Shown here: in pieces, positions 37,961 to 47,677 of the stretch
Position numbering within the stretch: the stretch's first letter is position 1
How the letters are laid out: the number at the start of each line of letters is the position of its first letter
Virus record (IMG/VR): IMGVR_UViG_3300025168_000044
Span: 26,957-90,956 of that record
From: a virus
DNA length: 64,000 nucleotides
Reading direction: 5' to 3' (one strand)
Program-made: the position numbers and the translations under genes
The notes under the pieces: generated by a model
The model's input: the letters and a program-made list of their open reading frames with translations, nothing else
What the model was told of the DNA's origin: nothing
Databases searched by the model: none

Positions 37961-39850
37961 TTATTTAACAAAAGAAACGCTTTGACTAGGTTTATACGGC
38001 ATAAACATAGACATTCGTTTTGTAGTAACTTCCATTTCTGGTTCTTCTACTTCATTCCCCTCCTCTGTTGTGTAGGTCTGTGCTTCTTCATCATCTTCAT
38101 CATCTTCATCGTCTTTATTGTCTACATACTGTTGAGCTTCTTCCTCTTCCTCAATAGTCTGTATCTGGCCTTCATCCATCATAGACATTAGTCCTGCTTT
38201 AGCTTCCATACGGAGACTGTCCAAGAATTTAAGTCCATGATATCGTACAGCATCTGCTGGCATGACGTATTCACCGTCCGAAAGCATTACAGGTAGATCA
38301 TCTCGTACATTTTCTGCGTTAGATCCTGGTGGTATTTCATTACCTGAAACAGGATCTGTACCTACCATGTCACTCATATTCAGCGTATTCATCATACTCA
38401 TATCTACTCCCATTATTTTCTTCATCATACAAGAAGGACATCCACATCCGTCAGACATATCTCCTGTCATTAATCCGCCATGTGCCATTTTTGGCAATAA
38501 GTTATTACTTCTTTTTTCTGCTGCAGCTACAGCTTCTTCTACAGAATCATATACAGGTAATTTTTCTCCTGTAACTGGATCTTTTGGGCCATTTTTTCTT
38601 ACAAAGTCTTCTAAGTCTGCTTGTTTAGTTGGTTTTCCTTCTGCATCTATGGAAGCTATATTGATCCATTTACCGTTGTCTAATTGGAACGTGATACTTA
38701 CTTCTGAGTACAGATTACCTTCCTCATCTTCACGGATACGTCTACCTTTGTTAGACTGTTGACCTACATAGTCTACTAGCCCACCCTCATTAAATTTTTC
38801 TAGAGTATTTTCCTTCATCTTATCTGGAGCAGAAGCGGAACCGTTTACTTCTATATAGTCATACAAAGGATGTTCGTTTCCATTTACTCTAACATAACTT
38901 ATTATATTTCCTAAAACTACATCCCCTACTGTAACAGGTTTTAAATTTGGTTGAGGAAGTTCTTCTACTACTTCACCAGTTTTCTTTTTTCTTTTATCTT
39001 TTTTTGTTAGTTGATTCATTCGTACTGGCCCTACCATCTGCATATCTAAAGTATAGTAATGGTCGCCTTTACCTTTGGAACCGTCTGGCCTAGTAAAAAT
39101 TGCTTGTTTTTTACCTTGCACAGCAGCAATTGGGTGATCTGCTGTTCTAAAATCTCCATTTTCTAATTTAACTTTAAATTTGTCTGGTTGAAGCAAATTT
39201 GTTTGTACCTTTGATCCTTTTTTTCCTGTGTTTTGTTTATAATTTTGCTCCATTTCTTCTACAGTTAAAGTAGGGCCACTGTAAGGATTTGCTCTTGCTA
39301 CAGCTTTATTTTGTCCTTCAGAATACTTATAGCTTGTGCGTGGAGAAACATATAAGTTTTGAAAAGTCTCGTTTGTAACGTCTTTTGGAGTTCTACCCAT
39401 CATCACAAAATTACCGTATTCCATATCTACATCTATACCAGCATTTTTAAATCGTTCAGAAAACTCATCTCCTTTGTATCCTATTGACGCAGGATTAAAA
39501 AATTTGCCTGGGGAGGGCATTATGCTTTGCGCAGTATCAGATGTAGTGGCTCTTTCCATTCTAGGAGTTAAATCCTCTAATACCTCTGGGTCAGAAAATC
39601 TTACAATTGCATCTGATTTTGGAACAATACGTTTTTTACCTTTTATTGGAGTAAAGTACTCACTAAACATAGGTAAAAAAGAAAAAGAATCATCTTCTTT
39701 GGAACGGTTATCTAGTTCTTCTGTAACTTGATCAATGTTATCAGCAGTAAGAGGAACAAGACCTTCTATGTCATCAGATCCAATATTTAATTCTGGAGGA
39801 TTAACAAGACTGTCTAGAAAAGTTTTTCCTATAATCTTTTTTTTACTCAT
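37961..39850 (-). CDS. modular virion-associated protein with FNEGG/MAHGG linkers
   Basis: DPVSGNEIPPGS..VRDDLPVMLSDGEYVMPAD domain; acidic tail; between portal and scaffold. Confidence 0.7.
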   Translation of the reverse strand: MSKKKIIGKTFLDSLVNPPELNIGSDDIEGLVPLTADNIDQVTEELDNRSKEDDSFSFLPMFSEYFTPIKGKKRIVPKSDAIVRFSDPEVLEDLTPRMERATTSDTAQSIMPSPGKFFNPASIGYKGDEFSERFKNAGIDVDMEYGNFVMMGRTPKDVTNETFQNLYVSPRTSYKYSEGQNKAVARANPYSGPTLTVEEMEQNYKQNTGKKGSKVQTNLLQPDKFKVKLENGDFRTADHPIAAVQGKKQAIFTRPDGSKGKGDHYYTLDMQMVGPVRMNQLTKKDKRKKKTGEVVEELPQPNLKPVTVGDVVLGNIISYVRVNGNEHPLYDYIEVNGSASAPDKMKENTLEKFNEGGLVDYVGQQSNKGRRIREDEEGNLYSEVSITFQLDNGKWINIASIDAEGKPTKQADLEDFVRKNGPKDPVTGEKLPVYDSVEEAVAAAEKRSNNLLPKMAHGGLMTGDMSDGCGCPSCMMKKIMGVDMSMMNTLNMSDMVGTDPVSGNEIPPGSNAENVRDDLPVMLSDGEYVMPADAVRYHGLKFLDSLRMEAKAGLMSMMDEGQIQTIEEEEEAQQYVDNKDDEDDEDDEEAQTYTTEEGNEVEEPEMEVTTKRMSMFMPYKPSQSVSFVK

Positions 39851-39865
39851 GTTTACGTTTGCTGT

Positions 39866-40171
39866 TTATTTTCTCTCAGAGATTAATTTGCCGTTTTTAT
39901 GAAGTCCATTATCCCATTTATATTTAAACTCTTTAGAATTTAATTCGCTTTTGTAGCACCCACAAGACTTGCTCCGTCCAGAAGCCAACGACCTTTTTTC
40001 TACTCTGGCAGTGTATCCACACACGCATTTGCACCAGTAGACTATGTGGTGATCTTTGTTTGGTGCACGAAGCAAAACTTCCCACCTCCCAAATCTTTCT
40101 CCAACAAAGCACTTTTTTGTTCTATGTGCTTTTCTAGGATCTTTTATACCTGAGTGAGGTTCTAAAATCAT
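39866..40171 (-). CDS. stand-alone Cys/Zn-finger protein, homolog of 2574..2897
   Basis: start moved to MILEP (40171), right after the upstream stop; 70/96 identical residues, ungapped. Confidence 0.8.
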   Translation of the reverse strand: MILEPHSGIKDPRKAHRTKKCFVGERFGRWEVLLRAPNKDHHIVYWCKCVCGYTARVEKRSLASGRSKSCGCYKSELNSKEFKYKWDNGLHKNGKLISERK

Positions 40172-40172
40172 A

Positions 40173-40427
40173 CTACCTTTTATGCTCGTAAGGATTACTG
40201 TGTTCTCTAGTATTTTGTAGTACACTTTCTTTCAGAACCGCACATAATCTAGCTTCCATGATCTTACCTTGCACTAAAGCAAAGTTGTCTTCTCCCTTAG
40301 TATTTTCCAATTGATTACGCAGAGTTTCTATTCTCCAGTTTACATACCTTTGGAGAAGAGGATACAACTCACTGTTAACTAGTGGAAGTAATTCTTTCCA
40401 GTCTTGTTGTGTCTTTAATCCACTCAT
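40173..40427 (-). CDS. conserved small protein downstream of the portal
   Basis: LLPLVN...QGKI pattern; packed in the operon. Confidence 0.65.
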   Translation of the reverse strand: MSGLKTQQDWKELLPLVNSELYPLLQRYVNWRIETLRNQLENTKGEDNFALVQGKIMEARLCAVLKESVLQNTREHSNPYEHKR

Positions 40428-40479
40428 AATACTACTCCCTCTGTAGTAGATGTGTACGTTAGATTATCGTAAACTACAA

Positions 40480-40869
40480 TTATTTACGATACTTAGCTAC
40501 TTTTTTACTAATCTTCTTGGGTAAAGGAACATTCTGCTTACCCTTACTGTCTCCAGCCTTTTTACTACTATTGGCAGCAGACTTTTCTCCTTTAGACAAA
40601 GATTTCCATGCCTTGTCTGGTAAGTATCTTTTCTTACCTTCAGATTTAGATCCGTCTGAAGTACGCCACTTTTGTTTACTCCATTTAGATAAAGAGTTTT
40701 TAGAAGATTTACTTCCTTTATAACCTCCACCAGCATCTTTGTATTTCTTAACTGCCAGTTGAGCTTTTCTACCAGACCATTCTCCTGAGTCTCCACCTTT
40801 ACTACCTGACTTTACTTGGGAAACTATTCTTTTCCATAAAGAAGGGTTAGTTTTTGTTGATGTAGCCAT
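40480..40869 (-). CDS. small basic protein, DUF5872-like (fused form)
   Basis: WSGRKAQL, YKDAGGGYKG, LSKWSKQKW, RYLP. Confidence 0.8.
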   Translation of the reverse strand: MATSTKTNPSLWKRIVSQVKSGSKGGDSGEWSGRKAQLAVKKYKDAGGGYKGSKSSKNSLSKWSKQKWRTSDGSKSEGKKRYLPDKAWKSLSKGEKSAANSSKKAGDSKGKQNVPLPKKISKKVAKYRK

Positions 40870-40906
40870 AATTGAATAGTGAGTATTAATTATTAATTAC
40901 TAGTAA

Positions 40907-43051
40907 CTAGTTAGGTTGTTGTGGCTGAAGAGCAGCTAGAGCAGCAGCTTCAGCAGCTTGAGCAGATCCTCCTCCTTCACCTGTAAAGCCTGACTCTTCT
41001 GGTACTGGAGGTTCACCTCCTGCTACTGGAGGTACTGGAATTTGAGCCTGTTGCTGTTGTTGAGGAGGTGGAGGCATTAAAGCAGCTAATTCAGCCATTA
41101 GTACAGCTTGTTTTTTAGCTGCATTTGGATCATTGAGTATTTTACCTTCGTCTAGATCCATTGATGCCGCTATTTCCTTGATAATGTAATCATACTTTAC
41201 GAATGGAGTCATCATAGGATTAGCTGTCATCTGCATAAACTGAAGTAAACGCTGAGATCTTACTTCATTCCGCATTAGACTCTCAGTACCCTTTGCAGAT
41301 ATCTCGTATACTCCTTTACTGTATATCTTGTCAAAATTAAATTGCATATTAAAAGAGAATAATGCTTTAGCTAAAGGATTTAGGAGATAATCATCTACAT
41401 TTCGTACAATAGACTTAATATTCTGTGCTGCTGCTCCCATTAACATGCTCATGCCGGAAGCAGTTCTACCTACGCCTTGTATTCCTGACATTCCATGTGA
41501 GTACGAAGGCATACCTGTAGCTTCATCTGTCAGTTGTCTGGCCTTGTCAAACATCATTAGACATTCGTTGGTTACATTAGGGAATTTAGTTCCAAATATA
41601 GCTTGCCCTGGTGCTCCAGCTTGCCTTCTGAATACCTTGCCTGGGTATATATCTAAGCCTTGGCCTGGTACTAAGTTAGTTTCATCTATTTCTATTAGTA
41701 AGTTGGAAGATAAAGCAGCATTATCTACTGCCATTCTCATAAACCCATTCATAATCTCCTGAGTATCGTCCATGTTCTCAGCCAGACCTACTCCAAAGAA
41801 AGAATATGGGTTTATTTCATAAGGTACAGCATGGTAGGGGATTTTATTAGGAGTAAATGGGTTTAATACAAGTCTAAGGATCTCTCCATTACAGACCCAA
41901 GTGTTAATCTGCACTTGATCTTTGTTCTTCATCTCTTTAGGAAGAGTCAAGTTAGCCTCTACAGCTAATTCTGTGTCCATTACTCCCCAATACTCCAGAA
42001 CCTCATACCTGTTAATTCGATAATGAGACTGATTATCTTCTAAAGCAGATTCCCAATGTTCTTGAGAGTAGTTAACTCCTTTTTCTATAGCTATTTCAAT
42101 AGCCTCATCTCTGAAAAAAGGTCTATTTTTCAATGCCCTTAACTGAGTTTTAGACATTCTATGTCTTTCAATGGCGTATTCAGCATCTTCCATGCTCCTA
42201 GAGTCTGGATCTGGGTAGAAATTCCAAATAGACACAGACTCTATTTTAGGTATGGTTTTAATCTCAGGGGAATACTTACCTGTTTTATCCCACTTAGGGT
42301 ATTCTCTGTCAAAAGCAAATGGGCCTTTTAAAACTCCAGTACCAAAAAGAGACATATCAAATACACAATTACGCAGATGAGTAGAAGCGTTACTTTCTTC
42401 TAGTTGGTCATGGATATTCTTTTCCATTAACTCTGCAGTTTTCTGTGCTGGATGAAATACTGCAGAAGCTGGGCTACTACCTACTCCTTTTCGTAAAGAT
42501 TCTTCACTTATTTCCTCTACTTCTTTTTTTACAATACCTAATCTAGTCTGAATATCTGCTCTATTTAGAGTATTAGGTACTATTTTAATTTTATTTTTTT
42601 TCTGTTCTTTCTTCAGTGCGTCTTCATTTGGATCAAAATAAATTGAACTTTCTGCGCCTAAAGGAAGATTAGGAACATCAATACCAATAGGAAATTTAGA
42701 TCCAGCAAAAAGTACATCTACAATTTGAGCATATGCAGCTAGAACTTTGGTCTTAGTAATTTTTACAAATATCTTACTTTTTTCTTTTTCAGTAAACTGC
42801 ACATCTGGGCCGTACAAGCCTCTGTAGTTCTTATAGGCTTTTAACCACCTAGACTCATCTTGCTCCCTCCAGCGTTTTGATCTTTCAAATTTATACCGCA
42901 CAAACTCTTCTAAAGCGTATAACTCTTGGTCTTCATCAAAATTATCTTCTCCTCCTTGTTTATCCTTTAAGTAAGAAGATTCTTCATTCTCTGCATTACC
43001 TGCAGAATTACTGTCTAATCCGTCATTCTGTGTTGCTGACATTAAAGCCAT
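40907..43051 (-). CDS. portal protein
   Basis: YKNYRGLY, FVKITKTKVLAAY, FGTGVLKGPF, WNFYPDP, GRTASGMSMLMGAA. Confidence 0.92.
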   Translation of the reverse strand: MALMSATQNDGLDSNSAGNAENEESSYLKDKQGGEDNFDEDQELYALEEFVRYKFERSKRWREQDESRWLKAYKNYRGLYGPDVQFTEKEKSKIFVKITKTKVLAAYAQIVDVLFAGSKFPIGIDVPNLPLGAESSIYFDPNEDALKKEQKKNKIKIVPNTLNRADIQTRLGIVKKEVEEISEESLRKGVGSSPASAVFHPAQKTAELMEKNIHDQLEESNASTHLRNCVFDMSLFGTGVLKGPFAFDREYPKWDKTGKYSPEIKTIPKIESVSIWNFYPDPDSRSMEDAEYAIERHRMSKTQLRALKNRPFFRDEAIEIAIEKGVNYSQEHWESALEDNQSHYRINRYEVLEYWGVMDTELAVEANLTLPKEMKNKDQVQINTWVCNGEILRLVLNPFTPNKIPYHAVPYEINPYSFFGVGLAENMDDTQEIMNGFMRMAVDNAALSSNLLIEIDETNLVPGQGLDIYPGKVFRRQAGAPGQAIFGTKFPNVTNECLMMFDKARQLTDEATGMPSYSHGMSGIQGVGRTASGMSMLMGAAAQNIKSIVRNVDDYLLNPLAKALFSFNMQFNFDKIYSKGVYEISAKGTESLMRNEVRSQRLLQFMQMTANPMMTPFVKYDYIIKEIAASMDLDEGKILNDPNAAKKQAVLMAELAALMPPPPQQQQQAQIPVPPVAGGEPPVPEESGFTGEGGGSAQAAEAAALAALQPQQPN

Positions 43052-43080
43052 AGTTTTTCTCTTATTCTCTATTATTAATA

Positions 43081-45198
43081 CTAGTATCCAAATGTTCTAG
43101 ATGAGGGTGACCAAGATTCTTTAGAACTTTTCTCGTACATACCCCAGTCATCAAATGGTGACGAGGATCTGGGCCTTGACATAATTCCGTATCTTATAGA
43201 GTCATAGGCGTGATCTGAGGCAAATCTAGGATCTATATCGTCTGTACCTTTAGGATCTGTAGGTATGACAGGTAGATCTGCTATGATTTGTCTGCAGGTA
43301 TTAAAAAAGATTATTCCTGATATTTCTTCTATTTCATTTTCTTCTTCTGTCTCTACCTCTTCTACTCTTAATAATTCATGTAATCTATTTCTTCCTGCTA
43401 CTCTAGCACCATTAGTTCTGTCTGAAGGTCTCCACCTACATCCCATGCTTATCATTTCTTCAGCTATAGACGGCCCTATTTGTCCTCGTTGATGCCAGCA
43501 AGAAGAGTCTAATATTCCGTAGTCTACGTTATCATCTTCTTCTAGATCTAATATCTTTTCAGCCAATTGTTTAGCTGTATGGTGAGAAACGTATAACTCT
43601 CTGTAAACATACAATGTTTCATATTGTGGGTCAATAGCGAACCAATGTACGGCAGAATGAGAAGAGTAGCCAAAGTCACAGGATCTAAACTTCCTCCAGC
43701 TATACGGAATATCAAAAGGAGTAGTTACATGAGTAGAGTGTCTAAATTCCTTAAATGCTGCTCCATCAGCTATAGCCCAGTCTCCTTCCAGTAACTGCCT
43801 CCTCTGCATTTCTGGCAAAGAAAGAAGATTAGCCTCATAAGATCCTTCTTCATATAGATAAGGATTATCTTTCAGAGTAGCTGGAATAAACTTTCTATAA
43901 AAAAGAGGTTCACCAGACTTAGCATGAGCCTTAGGGTACGCGAGTACTTTACCTGTATCTATGTCTGTAGCTGCAAATGCTTCATTGAAAGGTGCTGGAT
44001 CAATAAACATTCTCTTAACCCATTGATGCCCTGGGCCACCTGGGTTAGATGTTGCTCTCATGTATATAGGTAAGTCAGGTGCTGTAGTTCTTAGTCTACT
44101 CCTCATGTAATTCCATGAAAAAGGAGTAGCATGCTGAGTTAGCTCATCAAAGCCTATATAGGAAAAGGCTTGTCCTTGGTAACGCAATACATCTTCTTCT
44201 CTTTCTAAGTATGTCATCCAGAGTCTAGCGCCAGAAGGAAATACCCATTGACTTTTCTTTTCCTGCCATTTTGAACCTGGGTAAGCTAGGGGATATAATT
44301 CCTGACTTTTCCAGACTAGTTCTCTTAGCTCATCATTAGTTCTTCTTAGAATTAAGCCATTGAACTGTTTATGCCCGAAATAGCGCATAGGATCTGCCAA
44401 TAAACCAAAACTCTTTCCTCCTCCTGCTGCTCCTCCATACAGTACTTCTCTCTCAGGTGCTGCCAGAAACTCAGTCTGTGGACCTTGATTAGGCTGAAAT
44501 ACAATATTTTTATTTAGTAGTTCCTGTGATTTATTATTTGGAGTAGGAGTATCATCAGCCAGATCTTTAGAAGTTATTACTTTATCTGAAGAGTCTAATC
44601 TTTCTTGTATATCATCCAGTAGTTGTTGTTCTTGCTTCTCTAATCTTTCTTTTTTCTTTTTATTCTCTATCTCTACTTTCTTTAAATTAGTAGGATCTTT
44701 GTGCCATATTTGTCTATCCTCATAAACTCTATTGTTTATATTTCTGAGAGTATGAGGGGATAAAGTCTTCCCGTATTCTAAGAATGATTTTTGAGATGAT
44801 GCCCATTTAGCTGCATCTACTAATGATACTTGCAGATAGTCCAGACTGTCTATGGCTTGTTCTAGTATTGTTATCTGGGGCCAGTGAGGAGCATAGACAT
44901 TAGGGAAGTAGTAATTATCATCGATTGGAATTTTTGAAGATGCTTTTAATTTCTCTAGATCTTCTAGAGACAGTTGATCAAGTAATTGATCTAGAGGAAG
45001 GTAGCCTACAGGACAGTTCAAGATGGTGGTAGCATACATGCAAGTGAGATTCTTCCATGCATCTACATATTTAATGTATCTAGGTATAGGATAAGAGATT
45101 AAATATACTTTTTCAAATAACTGTTTTAATTCTTTTTTTCTTTTATCCTTATTCTCTTTTTTTTGTTGAGGAGTGAGTCTTTCTGTAGCCAAAATCAA
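43081..45198 (-). CDS. terL: terminase large subunit with ~230-aa N-terminal extension
   Basis: Walker A YGGAAGGGKS, Walker B IGFDEL, ATSNPGG, nuclease DFGY and DHAYDSIRY. Confidence 0.93.
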   Translation of the reverse strand: MILATERLTPQQKKENKDKRKKELKQLFEKVYLISYPIPRYIKYVDAWKNLTCMYATTILNCPVGYLPLDQLLDQLSLEDLEKLKASSKIPIDDNYYFPNVYAPHWPQITILEQAIDSLDYLQVSLVDAAKWASSQKSFLEYGKTLSPHTLRNINNRVYEDRQIWHKDPTNLKKVEIENKKKKERLEKQEQQLLDDIQERLDSSDKVITSKDLADDTPTPNNKSQELLNKNIVFQPNQGPQTEFLAAPEREVLYGGAAGGGKSFGLLADPMRYFGHKQFNGLILRRTNDELRELVWKSQELYPLAYPGSKWQEKKSQWVFPSGARLWMTYLEREEDVLRYQGQAFSYIGFDELTQHATPFSWNYMRSRLRTTAPDLPIYMRATSNPGGPGHQWVKRMFIDPAPFNEAFAATDIDTGKVLAYPKAHAKSGEPLFYRKFIPATLKDNPYLYEEGSYEANLLSLPEMQRRQLLEGDWAIADGAAFKEFRHSTHVTTPFDIPYSWRKFRSCDFGYSSHSAVHWFAIDPQYETLYVYRELYVSHHTAKQLAEKILDLEEDDNVDYGILDSSCWHQRGQIGPSIAEEMISMGCRWRPSDRTNGARVAGRNRLHELLRVEEVETEEENEIEEISGIIFFNTCRQIIADLPVIPTDPKGTDDIDPRFASDHAYDSIRYGIMSRPRSSSPFDDWGMYEKSSKESWSPSSRTFGY

Positions 45199-45677
45199 TT
45201 CACTGATTTTATAGGGTTAGAAGTTTTGGGAGGTAGAATAAATATTCCTCCAGTATCAGTAGTATTTATTTCTATGGAAGCAGGTTTGGAAACTCCTACT
45301 CTATCCAGAATCTCTTTAGAGGCACTTACTACATTCTTAGCGCCTAGCATGGTTGGATCATCCAATACATTGACTAGTCTACTGGTAGCTTTAGGTGCAT
45401 TCAAAGCTAGTAGAAGTTTAGTTCTTTCAATAATTTCATCTTTCAGAACTGATACTACAGAAGTAATAGAAGTAGATTTGTGATACCCTGCTAATTCCAT
45501 TGCTCTTCTGATATTACCTCCATTCTCAGGGTCTGTTAACTCATCTAAGAATTTCAGTTGTTTCTCTGTATACTCTTTGCCCTTAGTCTTCTGTAAACCA
45601 AAAGGAGAATTTTTAGGTAGAGAATATACTTGATCTGTTTCTTCTATCTCTTCTGCATCATTCTTCATATTCACCAA
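45195..45677 (-). CDS. terS: terminase small subunit
   Basis: TEKQLKFL..AMELAGY HTH; ASKEILDRVG; GGIFILPPK; directly upstream of TerL. Confidence 0.75.
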   Translation of the reverse strand: MVNMKNDAEEIEETDQVYSLPKNSPFGLQKTKGKEYTEKQLKFLDELTDPENGGNIRRAMELAGYHKSTSITSVVSVLKDEIIERTKLLLALNAPKATSRLVNVLDDPTMLGAKNVVSASKEILDRVGVSKPASIEINTTDTGGIFILPPKTSNPIKSVN

Positions 45678-45913
45678 TTCTTACAAGACCAGTATCGGGC
45701 TTTAGTTTTAGGGCCAGAATTATCACAGTTGTGTCTGGCACGGAATGATTTACGTCTGGCAGGATCTGATTTTCTAATTTTCATGTTAGGGTCACCAAAA
45801 TTAACTTTGATGATCTTGCCTGTCTTAGGGTTTTTTACATAGACACTAAACTTCTTAGGGCCATTAGGAGTACGAACAGGTTTATTCAGAGTTTTATTCT
45901 TATACTTACTCAT
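45671..45913 (-). CDS. small basic protein (DUF6321/DUF5754-like)
   Basis: FGDPNM, RRKSFRARHNC, ARYWSC. Confidence 0.8.
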   Translation of the reverse strand: MSKYKNKTLNKPVRTPNGPKKFSVYVKNPKTGKIIKVNFGDPNMKIRKSDPARRKSFRARHNCDNSGPKTKARYWSCKNW

Positions 45914-46150
45914 CTACAATGCATCTCCTTCATCTATAAATTCTGTGCTTGTATTTTCTAGAAGAGACTGAATCTTTTCCAAGTACAGAGAAGCATCCAT
46001 TAGCTCTTCTTGAAGATGAGTACACCAATGAGCTAATTCCAAATCTTTTCTGTCAAGAGAAGTTCCGTACTTCTTTATACCTTTATTACTTCTTTCTCTG
46101 TATTTATCAATTAAAGATTCTACTACAGAGTCTTTTCCCTCGTAGTCCAT
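45914..46150 (-). CDS. conserved phage protein, possible all-alpha NTP pyrophosphatase fold
   Basis: GIKKYGTSLDR, HLQEELMDASLY. Confidence 0.65.
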   Translation of the reverse strand: MDYEGKDSVVESLIDKYRERSNKGIKKYGTSLDRKDLELAHWCTHLQEELMDASLYLEKIQSLLENTSTEFIDEGDAL

Positions 46151-46398
46151 ATTTCTATTTTTACTCCGTTATTTACAAACTCTATTTTATAATCTGAAAA
46201 TCTATTAGCTAGATAAATATCGTAGTTAGAGAAACAAAAAAGGACATACTCTTCTCTAGTAGCCCTGTTCATGCCTTCTACAGTATTTGTAGCGTAGTCA
46301 ATACATAAATTAAATATATTAGTGCTTAATTCTTCTGAGGAACTGAAAAGATTTAGCACGTCTCTTTCCAATTCCTCAAAAGGGATGTTAATAAACAT
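46123..46398 (-). CDS. hypothetical protein
   Basis: 91-aa ORF in the late operon. Confidence 0.5.
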   Translation of the reverse strand: MFINIPFEELERDVLNLFSSSEELSTNIFNLCIDYATNTVEGMNRATREEYVLFCFSNYDIYLANRFSDYKIEFVNNGVKIEIWTTREKTL

Positions 46399-46417
46399 AC
46401 TTGTACAGGATACCTAC

Positions 46418-46597
46418 TTAATCCTTCTTTTTTTGTATAGAAGATTTAACTTTTTCAGATAAGTCTTTAAAATGGAATAAGCGTTTACTGGAAGGAGTAT
46501 GTTTTACTCCTGTGTGCAATTGTCCATTAGGCATTTTATGAAACTTACCTGTGTATACAGTTCCATTTCTAAAATAATGTTTTACCCCTAGAGCCAT
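46418..46597 (-). CDS. 59-aa His/Lys-rich protein (not in ORF track)
   Basis: translated by hand: MALGVKHYFRNGTVYTGKFHKMPNGQLHTGVKHTPSSKRLFHFKDLSEKVKSSIQKKKD; AAGGA RBS; homolog of 27476..27649. Confidence 0.78.
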   Translation of the reverse strand: MALGVKHYFRNGTVYTGKFHKMPNGQLHTGVKHTPSSKRLFHFKDLSEKVKSSIQKKKD

Positions 46598-46605
46598 AGT
46601 CCTTC

Positions 46606-47058
46606 CTATGTATTCCTGTCCTTCTTCATAGCAGCAGCTTTCTTCTTAGCCATGTCTGCTCTGACTTGCCTCATATCTCCTTTCTTCAGATCCTTCTCTG
46701 ATTTTGAAGCTGTTGAAGCTACACCTCCATCCTTCATTTTCTTCTTCTTACCACCATACATAGCACCACCACCCATCATTCCTTTCGTATCTTTCATATT
46801 TTTATTTTCTTTTTCATCCTCAGTGCCTACTACCTTACTACTCCTAATCTTGCCTACCATACCTCCAGTAGCCATTTTAACAGTCTTAGCAGTACTCTTA
46901 CCTGCAGCAGGAATAGATGCTCCAGCTTTAGCGTTAGTCATTTTAGCCATACCCCCTGCTTTCATCTTTGTAGAAGCTACTTTCTTAGCTGCTGCCTTAC
47001 CTTTCTTCGTATAAGGGAATTTCATTGTTTTCCCTGACTTAGTTTTTACCATTGGCAT
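46606..47058 (-). CDS. Lys/Met-rich basic protein with repeated MxxGG motifs
   Basis: MKAGG, MATGG, MMGGG, MKDGG; first gene of the late cluster; AAGGA RBS. Confidence 0.75.
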   Translation of the reverse strand: MPMVKTKSGKTMKFPYTKKGKAAAKKVASTKMKAGGMAKMTNAKAGASIPAAGKSTAKTVKMATGGMVGKIRSSKVVGTEDEKENKNMKDTKGMMGGGAMYGGKKKKMKDGGVASTASKSEKDLKKGDMRQVRADMAKKKAAAMKKDRNT

Positions 47059-47182
47059 AATACAGATCCTTTATTCAGATACATAAATAATTAGGCAATT
47101 AAATAATTAAATTTACTCTAACCCTACAGATTCACCACTAAATAAATAAAATAAAAAAATCAATCCATAAATTATTATTACA

Positions 47183-47317
47183 GTATATATACTTAATACT
47201 TACAGTATGTATATATTATGTTCCTTAGTAGTACATTTAATTATTTGTATATATACTTAATACTTACAGTATGTATATATTATGTTTCTTAGTAGTACAT
47301 TTAATTATTTGTATATA
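47183..47317. repeat. 64-bp tandem repeat, two copies plus a partial, in a very AT-rich intergenic region
   Basis: copies start at 47183, 47247, 47311; one mismatch between full copies. Confidence 0.9.
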
Positions 47318-47677
47318 GATATATATAATATATTAATTAAAATTAATTAAAAAAAATATATTTACATATTGATTGAAATATGATATTAATACTTTATCTT
47401 TAGTACTTGAAGAGATAATGTCTTATCTCTGAATAGTACGGTAGTTGTACTTTTTATTAATTTAATTTTATATCAGCTTCAACTTAGTCTTCCTTTTATT
47501 CTTTTTGTTTTTATTATTTATTTAATTCTTTTTAAATTATCTGCTAGCTATTATAAATTATTTACTAGCTATTTAACTAATATCAATATGATTCTGAGTA
47601 TAAACAGTTATAGGCTTGTAATAAAAAGATACTTAACTAGACATACACATATTTATAATAATCTTAAATCTTAATCA

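Noticed and set aside
3778-47014. many 60-160 aa plus-strand ORFs antisense to structural genes
   Set aside because: Shadow ORFs from codon bias, with no RBS or recognisable motifs
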